From positions 64,001 through 128,000 of the forward strand of contig CAVSPA010000006.1 in assembly GCA_963729715.1 (NCBI GenBank): 64,000 bases of DNA, written 5' to 3'. Every line of letters starts with the position of its first letter. Position 1 is the stretch's first letter. The translations under genes and the position numbers were made by a program. A model generated the notes under the pieces. The model searched no databases, was not told the origin of the DNA, and saw only the letters and a list, made by a program, of their open reading frames with translations. Source of the stretch: an uncultured delta proteobacterium (GTDB lineage Bacteria > Desulfobacterota > Syntrophia > Syntrophales > UBA2185). Below are positions 9,699 to 19,241 of the stretch, piece after piece.

Positions 9699-11123
9699 AT
9701 GGAGCCGAAAGAACGAGAGGCTTTGGACAAGTTTTTTTACCCTCAGTCCGTGGCGATAATCGGAGCTTCCGCTGAGCCCAAAAAAACAGGTTATGTGTGG
9801 GTGAAGAACTTCGTTGAGTATGGATATAAAGGAAAGATCTATCCCATCAATCCCAAGGAGGATGAGATCCTCGGATTCAAGGCGTATAAGAGTGTTTTGG
9901 ATGTCCCTGATGAGATTGATCTTGTCATATTTATCGTCCCCGCTGCGGCCATGGTCAAGATCATGGAGGAATGCGTCAAAAAGAAGATCCCTGCGGGGAT
10001 CATTCATTCCGCCGGCTATGCAGAGACGGGTAAGGAAGGGGTGTTTCTTCAGCAGAAGCTGGTGGACATGGCCCGCCAGGGCGGCATGAAGCTCATAGGA
10101 CCAAACTGCGTAGGCATCCTCTGCCCCGAATCCGGTCACCCCTGGGCGAGGAGAAGCACATTTCCGAAAGACGTAGGCGGTGTTTCCGTCATCAGCCAGT
10201 CAGGAGGCGGTGGAGGATATTTCATCAACATGGGCGAGGTCCGGGGACTCTCGTTCAGCAAGTTCATCTCCATTGGAAACGAATGTGATGTCTCCGTGAT
10301 TGACTTCATGGATTACCTGCGTGACGACCCCAAGACAAACGCAGTCTTCGTCTACCTGGAAGGCTTCAGAGACGGGCAACGGTTCCTGGAAATAGCCAAA
10401 CCCCTCTCCCGTGTCAAACCCGTACTCGTTTACAAGGTCGGGAGAACGGAGGTGGGCCGAAAGATGACAGCCTCCCACACCGGTTCTATTGCCGGGTCTA
10501 TCGCAGTTTACGACGGCGCCTTCCGGCAGGCGGGGATTATTCGTGTGGAAGACTTCGAGCAGGCGCAGGATTATCTTACCGCCTTCGAGAACGTGTGGTT
10601 CGGACAAGGAATTCCTAAAGGGCCAAGGGTCGGCATCATTGCGGGACCCGGAGGTCCGGGTGTTGCGGCTGCTGACATGTGCGGAGAGGTGGGCCTGGAA
10701 GTTCCCCCGTTTTCGGAGGAGACCGTGAGGAGACTTGCGGAAGAGATCCCCGGAGCCAGCAGGACGAACCCGACTGACATCGACCTCGGTGCGATGGCAA
10801 TGCTGAAAGGAAAGAATCCCTTTGTCGTGCGGGCCAACATCATCGAGATGGACGAGAATATCGACATGCTGGCCTTCGTCGGCTTGGGAGAAAACAACCC
10901 CAAGGCGGCCTTGGATGCGATGCTGGAGATCCAAGCCACATGCAAGAAACCGTTCATCATCATCTGGCCTTCAGCCGGAAAAGAAGTAGACGCATGTAAG
11001 GAAGTCCTGCTGCAAAAGAAGGTTCCCCTCTTTTTGACTCCGGAAAGGGGAGCGAAGGCCCTGGGAGCCCTGATAAGATACAAGAAAGCGGTGGAGCGAT
11101 TGGAGAAGGAGGCAGTGCGATGA
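9699..11123 (+). CDS. NDP-forming acyl-CoA synthetase alpha subunit
   Basis: PQSVAIIGAS, GPNCVG, SQSGG, SIGNECD, and phospho-His motif ASHTGSIAG. Confidence 0.9.
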   Translation: MEPKEREALDKFFYPQSVAIIGASAEPKKTGYVWVKNFVEYGYKGKIYPINPKEDEILGFKAYKSVLDVPDEIDLVIFIVPAAAMVKIMEECVKKKIPAGIIHSAGYAETGKEGVFLQQKLVDMARQGGMKLIGPNCVGILCPESGHPWARRSTFPKDVGGVSVISQSGGGGGYFINMGEVRGLSFSKFISIGNECDVSVIDFMDYLRDDPKTNAVFVYLEGFRDGQRFLEIAKPLSRVKPVLVYKVGRTEVGRKMTASHTGSIAGSIAVYDGAFRQAGIIRVEDFEQAQDYLTAFENVWFGQGIPKGPRVGIIAGPGGPGVAAADMCGEVGLEVPPFSEETVRRLAEEIPGASRTNPTDIDLGAMAMLKGKNPFVVRANIIEMDENIDMLAFVGLGENNPKAALDAMLEIQATCKKPFIIIWPSAGKEVDACKEVLLQKKVPLFLTPERGAKALGALIRYKKAVERLEKEAVR

Positions 11124-11827
11124 ATACCCATGAGCAGGCAAAAGAAATTCTGAGCCGGGCCAGAAAAGCCAAGAGGAATGTTTTGTTGGAGCCGGAAGCA
11201 AAAGCGCTTCTCGCCTCCTATGGCTGCGCCGTTACAAAGGATAAGGTGGCCGTCTCGGCTGACGAAGCAGCGGCATTCGCGAGCGAACTCGGATTCCCGG
11301 TTGTGGCCAAGATAGTCTCACCGCAGATCATACATAAAACCGATGCCAAGTGCGTGAAGGTGAATCTTGAAAATCCGGAGAAGGTCAAAGGGGCATTCAA
11401 GGAAATCATGGCCAATGCAAAGGCCTATGATGCAAACGCTAGGATAGAGGGGGTTTTGCTTTATCACATGGTGAGCGGGGGCGAAGAGGTCATAATAGGA
11501 CTGGCGACTGACCCCACCTTCGGGAAGGTGATCATGTTCGGATTGGGCGGAATCTGGGTGGAAGTCATGAAAGACGTCTCTTTCCGTGTTGTTCCCGTGA
11601 GCCGCGAGGACGCCCGGGACATGGTGGAAGAGATCAAGGGATATCCTCTTCTTACCGGGATCCGGGGAAAATCCGCGAAAGACATCGATGCCCTGTGCAA
11701 TATGCTGGTACAAGTTTCGAAATTGGCCGGGGCCAACTCAGAGATTGCGGAGATGGACCTCAATCCTATTTTCGTCATGGAGAAGGGGGCCATCATAGTC
11801 GATGCCCGGATTATCCTCAGTGAGTGA
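11120..11827 (+). CDS. NDP-forming acyl-CoA synthetase beta (ATP-grasp) subunit
   Basis: GFPVVAKIVSPQIIHKTD, DPTFG..IMFGLGGIWVE..KDV, EMDLNP, VDAR. Confidence 0.9.
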   Translation: MNTHEQAKEILSRARKAKRNVLLEPEAKALLASYGCAVTKDKVAVSADEAAAFASELGFPVVAKIVSPQIIHKTDAKCVKVNLENPEKVKGAFKEIMANAKAYDANARIEGVLLYHMVSGGEEVIIGLATDPTFGKVIMFGLGGIWVEVMKDVSFRVVPVSREDARDMVEEIKGYPLLTGIRGKSAKDIDALCNMLVQVSKLAGANSEIAEMDLNPIFVMEKGAIIVDARIILSE

Positions 11828-11914
11828 ATGAAAGCGTCCACGTCGGCGCTAAAATGAGATGACATTCTTATCGAAAGATTTATACAGAAAGTTACATGCA
11901 AGGAGGACCATACG

Positions 11915-13315
11915 ATGAACCAAGGTCTGCGAGCGTACATAGAACACTTGGAAAGGGATATGCCGTCCCATGTCATCAGGATAAAGAAGGAGGTTTCACC
12001 TGAGTTTGAAATCCCAGCCATCCTGCAACAGGTGGAGTCGAGAAAAAAACAGCCTGTTTTGATTTTCGAGAAGGTGCGGAACCTAAACGGATCAATCTCA
12101 AAGCTGCCGGTGGTGATCAATCTTTTTGGCTCTAGGGAGAGGCTTGCAGATGCTATCGGGTCTACGGTTCAGAGGCTTCCCCTGGACTATATCGAGAAAG
12201 AGAAGCCTGTGCCTCCGGTCGTAATCGATAAGTCCAAAGCGATGGTCAAAGGCGTTATCCAGAAAGGCGATGATGTAGATTTGTATGAACTGCCGATCGT
12301 GACTCATCATGAAATGGATTTAGGGCCATACTTCACCAGCCCCAGCGTCTGGATAAAAGACCCGGAGACAGGATGGGTCAATTGCGCAATCATCAGGATC
12401 TATGTCGCAGGCCCCAAGAGCCTTGTCGTAAATTTCAACGCGGCGCGTCACACAAATTATGTCTTCCAGAAATACAAGGCCCTTAAACGCAACATTCCTA
12501 TAATCATTATGATTGGACATCATCCTGCTTTCTATATGGGGGCGCAAACGAAGATCTTCACGGATGAACCGCAGATAATCGGCGGTATCATAGGCGAACC
12601 CGTCGAGCTGACCCCTTCCGAAACTTGGGGGAAGGATATGCTCGTTCCAGCACAGGCGGAAATCGTCGTAGAAGCCGAAATGTCCTACGAGCAGGTTGAT
12701 ATCGAGGCGCCCTTCGGCGAATATACCCAGTATTACGGCGGCCAGAGGCTAAACCCCGTGACGTCGGTGAAAGCGATAACGCGAAGGAAAGACGCCTTCT
12801 ATCTCGACATCATGCCGGGCCATGCGGATCACCTCCTACTTGACGCACCGATGATCGAGGCTTATCTTTATAACAGAATCAGGGCGGTGGTGCCCGGGGT
12901 TGTGGGGGTACACGTACCTGTCTCAGGGACAGCGAGGCTCCACGCGTATATCCAGATCCGGAAGTCCAACGATGGAGAGCCTAAGACCGCCATAGCAACG
13001 GCCCTTAGCTCCGATTACCGGATAAAACATGTTGTTGTTGTGGATGATGACGTCAATATCTTTGATGATGAGCATGTGCTCTGGGCGATCGCTACACGAT
13101 CACAGTGGGACAAGGACCTTGTGGTCATCCCCGGCATGATGGGCACGAGGTTAGACCCGTCGGGCAATGACATCTTGACGACAAAGGGCGGGATTGATGC
13201 GACCAAGCCTGTCGATCCCCGCGGCTTTGCCAAAAGGCTCTGCATACCTGAATCGGTGATGTCCAGAATAAGGCTGGAGGATTTCCTGGAGCCGGATGTC
13301 CTGAGACAGTTTTAG
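11915..13315 (+). CDS. UbiD-family prFMN-dependent (de)carboxylase, copy 2
   Basis: LPIVTHHEMDLGPY, VNCAIIR, EAPFGEYTQYY (Glu/Glu pair), VVDDDVNI, WAIATR, LDPS, IDATKP. Confidence 0.92.
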   Translation: MNQGLRAYIEHLERDMPSHVIRIKKEVSPEFEIPAILQQVESRKKQPVLIFEKVRNLNGSISKLPVVINLFGSRERLADAIGSTVQRLPLDYIEKEKPVPPVVIDKSKAMVKGVIQKGDDVDLYELPIVTHHEMDLGPYFTSPSVWIKDPETGWVNCAIIRIYVAGPKSLVVNFNAARHTNYVFQKYKALKRNIPIIIMIGHHPAFYMGAQTKIFTDEPQIIGGIIGEPVELTPSETWGKDMLVPAQAEIVVEAEMSYEQVDIEAPFGEYTQYYGGQRLNPVTSVKAITRRKDAFYLDIMPGHADHLLLDAPMIEAYLYNRIRAVVPGVVGVHVPVSGTARLHAYIQIRKSNDGEPKTAIATALSSDYRIKHVVVVDDDVNIFDDEHVLWAIATRSQWDKDLVVIPGMMGTRLDPSGNDILTTKGGIDATKPVDPRGFAKRLCIPESVMSRIRLEDFLEPDVLRQF

Positions 13316-13330
13316 ATAAAGGAGATTACC

Positions 13331-13504
13331 ATGGCAAAAGTGCATTATATAGAGTGTGCGTTGTGCGGAAAGGAATATTATCTGGACAGGATTCTCTCGG
13401 AGGTCGTTGAAGTAAACCCCAAGCAAAAGCTCAAGTGTCCATTTTGCAAGAAAGAATTTCACCTGGACATGAAACGCAAGCAGGGGAAGGACGCGCGACC
13501 CTGA
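13331..13504 (+). CDS. 57-aa zinc-ribbon protein (missed by the ORF track)
   Basis: RBS AAGGAG before ATG. Translation MAKVHYIECALCGKEYYLDRILSEVVEVNPKQKLKCPFCKKEFHLDMKRKQGKDARP* has two CxxC pairs. Confidence 0.85.
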   Translation: MAKVHYIECALCGKEYYLDRILSEVVEVNPKQKLKCPFCKKEFHLDMKRKQGKDARP

Positions 13505-13570
13505 AATTGTAAAAGAAAGACCAGTCCATGAAATATGGTCTTTTGACTTGAGAGGAAGGGCAGAAAAGCT

Positions 13571-15595
13571 ATGAAAAAGGTTATAACGAATTCACATTTC
13601 ATTTTGGAAAAATGTGTCGGCTGCAAAACATGCACCCATGTTTGCCCGACGAAGGCCTACACCCCATCCATAAGCCGGCCGCTGGAGAAGATCAAGGTCT
13701 CTCCTTGTACCGTTCAATGTCCGATTGGAAACGACATCGAAGGGTTTAATTATCTGATCGGACAGAAGAAATACCTTGAGGCTTATGATTTGCTCCGAGA
13801 GACAAACCCGCTTCCCGGTGCTACGGGCCGGGTCTGTCATCATCCCTGCGAAAAAGAGTGCAACCGGATCGAATTTGACGAACGCGTGTCGATCAAGTCC
13901 GTAGAGCGTTTTATTGCCGATACTGCCATGAAGATGGGCTATAAGCCGGTCAAGCCAAAGGTGGTCCGGATGGAGACTGTCGCCGTGGTGGGATCGGGAC
14001 CGGCAGGTCTCTCCTGCGCCTTCCACTTGTGCCGGATGGGTTACCGTGTCACTCTTTTCGAGGGTGCTGAGAAGGCAGGCGGCATGATGCGTTACGGTAT
14101 CCCTGAATATCGGCTGCCGAAGCAGGTCCTGGATAACGAGATCAGATATATCGAAGAGTCAGGGGTCAGTATCAAGACGAATACGCCTGTAAAGAACGCT
14201 GAAGAGCTCTTTAAGCAGGGATACAAGGCGGTCTTTGTCGCAACAGGTTCATGGGCAAGTCATAAGGTGGGCGTTCCTGGGGAAGAGACCAAGGGGGTCT
14301 TGTATTCGGTCGATTTCCTGAGGAGGGCGAACTCCGGGGAAAAGGTGAAAATGGGGGACTGCGTGGCGGTCATCGGCGGCGGCAATGTGGCCATCGATTC
14401 TGCCAGGCTTTCCCGGCGACTCGGGGCCAAGGAGGTTCACCTGATCTGCCTGGAGTCTTGCGACCTGACCTGCAAAGACAGGATGCCGGCCCAGGATGTG
14501 GAGATCGAACAGGCCGAAGGGGAAGGGGTTATCGTCCATCCCAACCTGGGGGTCAGAAAGATATTGGCCGATCGGGGCAAAATCGTGGGTTTGGAAACGA
14601 TCCAGTGTACGAGCGTCATTAATGAGCGGGGAAGATTCGCGCCGGAGTTTGGAGATGGTGCTGCCCCAACCATCGCGGCCGATATGGTGATCGTCGCGAT
14701 CGGTCAGAGACCGGACGATAAAGATTTTGTCGAGCTGGAAAGAAACCCCTCCAAAACAATCAAGATCGACGATATGACTTTCGAGACCAATATCAAAGGC
14801 ATTTTTGCCGGAGGGGATGCAACCAAGGGGGCAGGCACCGTATCCGAGGCAATCGGTGAGGGTAAAAAAGTGGCTTTGGCCATCCATCGTTTCCTCGAAA
14901 AGGGGGATGCGCGCCAGGAGATGGCCGCGCGCGAGGTCGTGACTTATGAAGAGATGAATCGCGATTACTTCTATCCGGCCGCGAGGAACGAGACCGGTCA
15001 TCTCGATCTGGGGCAGGCGGTCCGCTCTTTTGAAGAGGTCAGCCTCGGCTATCAGGAGGACCAGGCCGTGAACGAGGCACAAAGGTGTTTCGGATGCGCC
15101 GCACCGCCTACTTACACGTTCGCAGAGTGCAAAGGCTGTTTGAACTGCGTGGACCGATGTCCTGTATTCGCGATCACCATCGAACCGATACAGGAGCCTT
15201 ATACCGTAGCCGTCGACGCCAGCCAGTTCGATCAAGAAGAGATCATGCGCATCTGCAAGAAGACGCGTATCCATCCGAAGCAGATCATCTGTTACTGCAA
15301 CGGGACACGCGCTGAAGAGGTCGTTGCCGCCATTATGAAAGGAGCCAAAACGCCTGACGACATCTCCCGGATGACAGGAGCCCGCACCGGTTGCGCCGTC
15401 CTTTGCATCCAGTCGATCGTCAAACTTCTGGAGGTGTCCGGATTCCCGGTCACGGTGGGGAGCACACACCAGACCTATGGAAAGACCTTCACCCTGTGGG
15501 ATCTGGACCCCGAACTGAAGAAGAAGCATGAGGCACGGGGATATCATTTTGATGATGACATGAAACTAATCGAAACTGTTTTCGAGAGTAAGTGA
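13571..15595 (+). CDS. Fe-S flavoprotein: ferredoxin-like 4Fe-4S motifs + GltD/NfnB-type FAD/NAD(P) oxidoreductase + C-terminal BFD-like [2Fe-2S] domain
   Basis: CVGCKTCTHVCP; PCTVQCP/GRVCHHPCE..C; GSGPAG; GGGNVAID; AGGD; CKGCLNCVDRCP; ICYC...GC.VLC. Confidence 0.85.
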   Translation: MKKVITNSHFILEKCVGCKTCTHVCPTKAYTPSISRPLEKIKVSPCTVQCPIGNDIEGFNYLIGQKKYLEAYDLLRETNPLPGATGRVCHHPCEKECNRIEFDERVSIKSVERFIADTAMKMGYKPVKPKVVRMETVAVVGSGPAGLSCAFHLCRMGYRVTLFEGAEKAGGMMRYGIPEYRLPKQVLDNEIRYIEESGVSIKTNTPVKNAEELFKQGYKAVFVATGSWASHKVGVPGEETKGVLYSVDFLRRANSGEKVKMGDCVAVIGGGNVAIDSARLSRRLGAKEVHLICLESCDLTCKDRMPAQDVEIEQAEGEGVIVHPNLGVRKILADRGKIVGLETIQCTSVINERGRFAPEFGDGAAPTIAADMVIVAIGQRPDDKDFVELERNPSKTIKIDDMTFETNIKGIFAGGDATKGAGTVSEAIGEGKKVALAIHRFLEKGDARQEMAAREVVTYEEMNRDYFYPAARNETGHLDLGQAVRSFEEVSLGYQEDQAVNEAQRCFGCAAPPTYTFAECKGCLNCVDRCPVFAITIEPIQEPYTVAVDASQFDQEEIMRICKKTRIHPKQIICYCNGTRAEEVVAAIMKGAKTPDDISRMTGARTGCAVLCIQSIVKLLEVSGFPVTVGSTHQTYGKTFTLWDLDPELKKKHEARGYHFDDDMKLIETVFESK

Positions 15596-15605
15596 GGTAC
15601 ATGAG

Positions 15606-17066
15606 ATGGGAAAGACACTAAAACCTGCCGCTCCTAACCGATCACAATACTGCATTAATCCAGAGCTGTTGAAGATGAGAGCCGCTGATTTGCCAGGGAT
15701 GACCTCCCTGACCATTCGGGAACTCATTCCCTCTATGCCCAATCCCATTTTCCCGAGCGAGCATGGGGTTGAAGCGATCCGTCAGGCAACCCGGGATTCT
15801 TTGAACGGGGTTGATATGACCAAGATCAAGCCCGGGGATTCTGTCAACATCCTGGCATCGCACCATGGTTTCACGCTCTATGGCGGGACTGCCTACGCGG
15901 AGATGATCAAGGTGACACGCGATGTGATCATGGAGAGGACCGGTACCAAGGATATACGGCTGCGCGCCGGTGTGGGGCTGCGATTCAGGGAGACAGAGGA
16001 GTACATCAAGAAATTCGGCCTTGATCAGCATTTCAACGGGAAGGCCATGGGGATGACGCCCATTGATGAAGGTTTTCCCATCCAGACAGAGTTCGGCACC
16101 CTTTTTGGACTCAAGAGGGCCTATGATGCGAAGTGGGTTGTCCACGCCCACAACAATGATTTGAGGGAGCTCCACAACCATCGGATGATCAACCGGATCA
16201 TCAAGCCTTTTGCAATGTCGTATGCGAGGATGGAGACGCGTTCCACGTATCACCAGAACTTCGGCCCGAGATCGTCGAACATCATTCCCAGGGCGGTTTT
16301 CACGTCGGACTTCGTCCAGAGCAAGTTTGTCTTTTCCGTCATGCTGAACGTTGCACCCAGCGGGATCGCCGAGGTCAGCGCGAACAACGATCTGCTGAAG
16401 CAGGATGAATATATGGCGGTCGATACGCTGAGATGGTACGGAAAACTGCTTACCTTGCTGGAACACATCGACCAATGCAATGTGATCGTCGACGGTCCCA
16501 TGCCCATCGGGTACATGAGAGCGGGCGGGATCGTGTACGACAATTTTGCAGGGCTCTCTGTGGATGAGTTCGATCTGGATCAGGGATTCCCTCCGTTTTC
16601 ACGCTACACGGAGATGTATTTTGACGAACTGGGCCATCGTCTTATCGAGAATATCCCTCCTTTGAATCCAGCCGTCAAATGGATGATCAACAACTACTGT
16701 ATGAGCGGATTGCCATGCACCTTCTTTTCCCAGCATGTTCCAACCGTTGTGGTGGGTCGCGACATGGTGAACCATATGAATGCGGACCCGCAGAATCCCC
16801 AGTACATGAAATATGCGGTGACGACGGAAGGGCTGCAGGAGGCGGTCGACTTCGTGACGCGGGTCAGCGGTACCTCGAATATCCTCGTATTTGACGGTGC
16901 GGCAAACGGATTCAACATGACTGAGCCCCTGGCCGATCTGCTGAGGTCTAAGGGCTCGGGCATTGAAGAGAAGGTGGAGGGGGAGTTGCTTCCGAAGTGG
17001 TGTCGTCAGCGCGGTCTAAGTGCCGCGGTGCTGAAAGACAAACAGGTAAAGGTTAGCAGGCAGTAG
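15606..17066 (+). CDS. Divergent LarA (lactate racemase)-fold protein, putative nickel-pincer nucleotide enzyme
   Basis: H190-x9-K200-x15-H216 matches the recalled LarA H174/K184/H200 spacing; IKPGDSVNIL N-domain; C-terminal LQEAV...ILVFDG. Alignment by eye. Confidence 0.6.
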   Translation: MGKTLKPAAPNRSQYCINPELLKMRAADLPGMTSLTIRELIPSMPNPIFPSEHGVEAIRQATRDSLNGVDMTKIKPGDSVNILASHHGFTLYGGTAYAEMIKVTRDVIMERTGTKDIRLRAGVGLRFRETEEYIKKFGLDQHFNGKAMGMTPIDEGFPIQTEFGTLFGLKRAYDAKWVVHAHNNDLRELHNHRMINRIIKPFAMSYARMETRSTYHQNFGPRSSNIIPRAVFTSDFVQSKFVFSVMLNVAPSGIAEVSANNDLLKQDEYMAVDTLRWYGKLLTLLEHIDQCNVIVDGPMPIGYMRAGGIVYDNFAGLSVDEFDLDQGFPPFSRYTEMYFDELGHRLIENIPPLNPAVKWMINNYCMSGLPCTFFSQHVPTVVVGRDMVNHMNADPQNPQYMKYAVTTEGLQEAVDFVTRVSGTSNILVFDGAANGFNMTEPLADLLRSKGSGIEEKVEGELLPKWCRQRGLSAAVLKDKQVKVSRQ

Positions 17067-17233
17067 GCTCTGCATCCTGAATAGATCGACTCAAGACAGC
17101 GACTTGAGAGGGATGCGCCAGCGGGGCATCCAATCCCTATTGAGGGGAGATATTTCACTGCCGGCGGTTTTTCGAGAAGGGGATTCCTGCCCGGCCATCA
17201 GGCAGGCTCAAATAAGAAATGGAGTGGAAGCGA

Positions 17234-17782
17234 ATGTACGAAATCAGGTTTCATGGAAGAGGAGGACAGGGCGCGGTCGTAGCGTCGACGGTTCTCGCCT
17301 CCGCCTTCTTCAAGGAAAAGAAATTCGTTCAGGCTTTCCCGAACTTCGGGGCTGAGAGAAGAGGTGCGCCCGTAGTCGCCTTTACGCGCGTGAGCGACCA
17401 TGAGATCAGGGAGAGATTCGGAATCTATGAGCCGGACTGCCTGATCATTCTTGACTCAAGCCTGACCAGAAGGAAGGGGATTGTCCAGGGTCTGAAGGAA
17501 GGCCACTGGATCATCATCAACAGCGATAAGAAACCGGAGGACTATGTTTTTCTGGGCCCCTATCTCGTGGCGACACTGAATGCAAACACCATCGCACAGG
17601 AGCACGGCCTGGGGAGCTCATCCGTTCCGATCGTCAATACGACGATCCTCGGTGCGTTCTCAAGGGCAACCGGGATGGTCGCTATAGAATCGATCATGGA
17701 TGCCGTGCGCGAGAATGTACCTTCACATCCCGAGGATAATGCCAAGGCCGCCCGGGAGGCTTATGAGAAGGTGGTTTTTTAA
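17234..17782 (+). CDS. porC: 2-oxoacid:ferredoxin oxidoreductase gamma subunit (set 1)
   Basis: EIRFHGRGGQGAV, FGAERRGAPV, IVNTTILGA. Confidence 0.88.
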   Translation: MYEIRFHGRGGQGAVVASTVLASAFFKEKKFVQAFPNFGAERRGAPVVAFTRVSDHEIRERFGIYEPDCLIILDSSLTRRKGIVQGLKEGHWIIINSDKKPEDYVFLGPYLVATLNANTIAQEHGLGSSSVPIVNTTILGAFSRATGMVAIESIMDAVRENVPSHPEDNAKAAREAYEKVVF

Positions 17783-17814
17783 GTAGAGTAATCTTGCATC
17801 AAGAGGTTGATTAA

Positions 17815-18099
17815 ATGAAAAAGCGATATAGCCTGAAATCCTTAGATACGTTACCGATCACAGCCATCTCCTTCCTCACCACAGAGGGAAACGAAACCGG
17901 CGAGTGGCGCTCACAAAGACCAATCCTCGATCGGGAAAAGTGTAATCGCTGCGGCCTTTGCTGGATGTACTGTCCGGATAACGCGATCCATGCGGAGGGC
18001 GGTGCATTTCAAATCTCCTACACCTATTGCAAGGGTTGCGGAATCTGCGCGAAAGAGTGTCCCAGAGGAGCCATTTTGATTGAGAAGGAAGAAAGATGA
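17815..18099 (+). CDS. porD: 2-oxoacid:ferredoxin oxidoreductase delta subunit (set 1)
   Basis: TGEWRSQRP, CNRCGLCWMYCPD, YCKGCGICAKECP. Confidence 0.88.
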   Translation: MKKRYSLKSLDTLPITAISFLTTEGNETGEWRSQRPILDREKCNRCGLCWMYCPDNAIHAEGGAFQISYTYCKGCGICAKECPRGAILIEKEER

Positions 18100-19241
18100 A
18101 GAAAGTTATTTCTGCCAACCAGGCCGTCTCGTATGCTGTTCTGGCCGCTAAGGCCCAAGTCATTGCAGCGTATCCCATCACCCCTCAGTCTTCCATAGTG
18201 GAGATGTTGTCAGGGTTCTGCGCAACGGGAGCCCTTCAGGCCAAGTTCATCAACGTGGAGTCGGAGCATTCCGCCATGGCCGCGTGCATCTCCGCGTCAG
18301 TGATGGGGGCCAGAACATTCACGGCAACAAGCTCCCAGGGGCTGGCGTTGATGCATGAGTTGCTTCATTATGCCTCAGGGTTGCGGCTCCCGATAGTCAT
18401 GGCAAACGTCAACAGGGCGCTGGCAAGCCCTTTCAATCTGAAGGCGGATCTGAGCGACAGCCTCTCCCAGCGGGATACGGGTTGGCTGCAGTTCTACTGT
18501 GAGAGCGGCCAGGAGGTCTTTGACACAATCATTCAGTCCTACAAGATATCGGAAAAATTACTGCTTCCTGTTATGGTTAATCTGGAAGGTTTCATCCTTT
18601 CTCACACCTACGAGATTGTCGACCTTCCGGAGCAGAGCCAGATCGACCTCTTCCTCCCGCCCGCGCCCGCCCGGGAGTGCCTTGACGTTGATAATCCCTG
18701 CATGTTCGGGTCAACTACGGATTACTATATCAATTTCCGGTACAAGATGCATCAGGACATGGAGGAGGCCAAGACCTTATGCAGTGAAATCGATGCCGAA
18801 TTTAAGAAGGCGTTTGGCCGGGATTATGGTCTCGTCTCAACCTATCTCTGTGAAGATGCCGACCTTATATTGGTTACAGCAGGAACAATCGCCGGCACAT
18901 GCCGCGTCGTTGCCGACCGCTGCCGGGCCAGGGGAATGAAGGTGGGCGTCCTCCGGATCCGCATGGTTCGTCCTTTCCCTGGAAAGCAGATCTGTGAGCC
19001 GCTTCGAAAAGCAAAGAAGGTGGCTGTGATCGACCGTGACTTCTCTCCCGGATGCGGAGGGATTTTTGCACAGGAGGTCAAGGCCTCCCTCCAGGGGATC
19101 AATTGCGGTCTGCCTGTTTATGAGTTTATCGCCGGCTTGGGAGGCAAGGATGTGACGGATAAAGACATCGAATTAATCATTGAACAAACGCATAATATGC
19201 CGAACCGAGGAGAAAGCACATGGATAGGCCTGCTCAAATAA
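18096..19241 (+). CDS. porA: 2-oxoacid:ferredoxin oxidoreductase alpha subunit (set 1)
   Basis: AYPITPQS, ESEHSAM, TATSSQGL, NRA, GLGGKD. Confidence 0.88.
   Translation: MKKVISANQAVSYAVLAAKAQVIAAYPITPQSSIVEMLSGFCATGALQAKFINVESEHSAMAACISASVMGARTFTATSSQGLALMHELLHYASGLRLPIVMANVNRALASPFNLKADLSDSLSQRDTGWLQFYCESGQEVFDTIIQSYKISEKLLLPVMVNLEGFILSHTYEIVDLPEQSQIDLFLPPAPARECLDVDNPCMFGSTTDYYINFRYKMHQDMEEAKTLCSEIDAEFKKAFGRDYGLVSTYLCEDADLILVTAGTIAGTCRVVADRCRARGMKVGVLRIRMVRPFPGKQICEPLRKAKKVAVIDRDFSPGCGGIFAQEVKASLQGINCGLPVYEFIAGLGGKDVTDKDIELIIEQTHNMPNRGESTWIGLLK

Noticed and set aside
8197..13315. Ubiquinone biosynthesis or a specific phthaloyl-CoA decarboxylase call
   Set aside because: The context is catabolic and the clade cannot be fixed without phylogeny.
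14249..15547. Long antisense ORF (432 aa) and similar shadow ORFs (37100-38152, 44959-45861, 15642-16475)
   Set aside because: They lie opposite well-supported genes, have no motifs, and are explained by codon bias.
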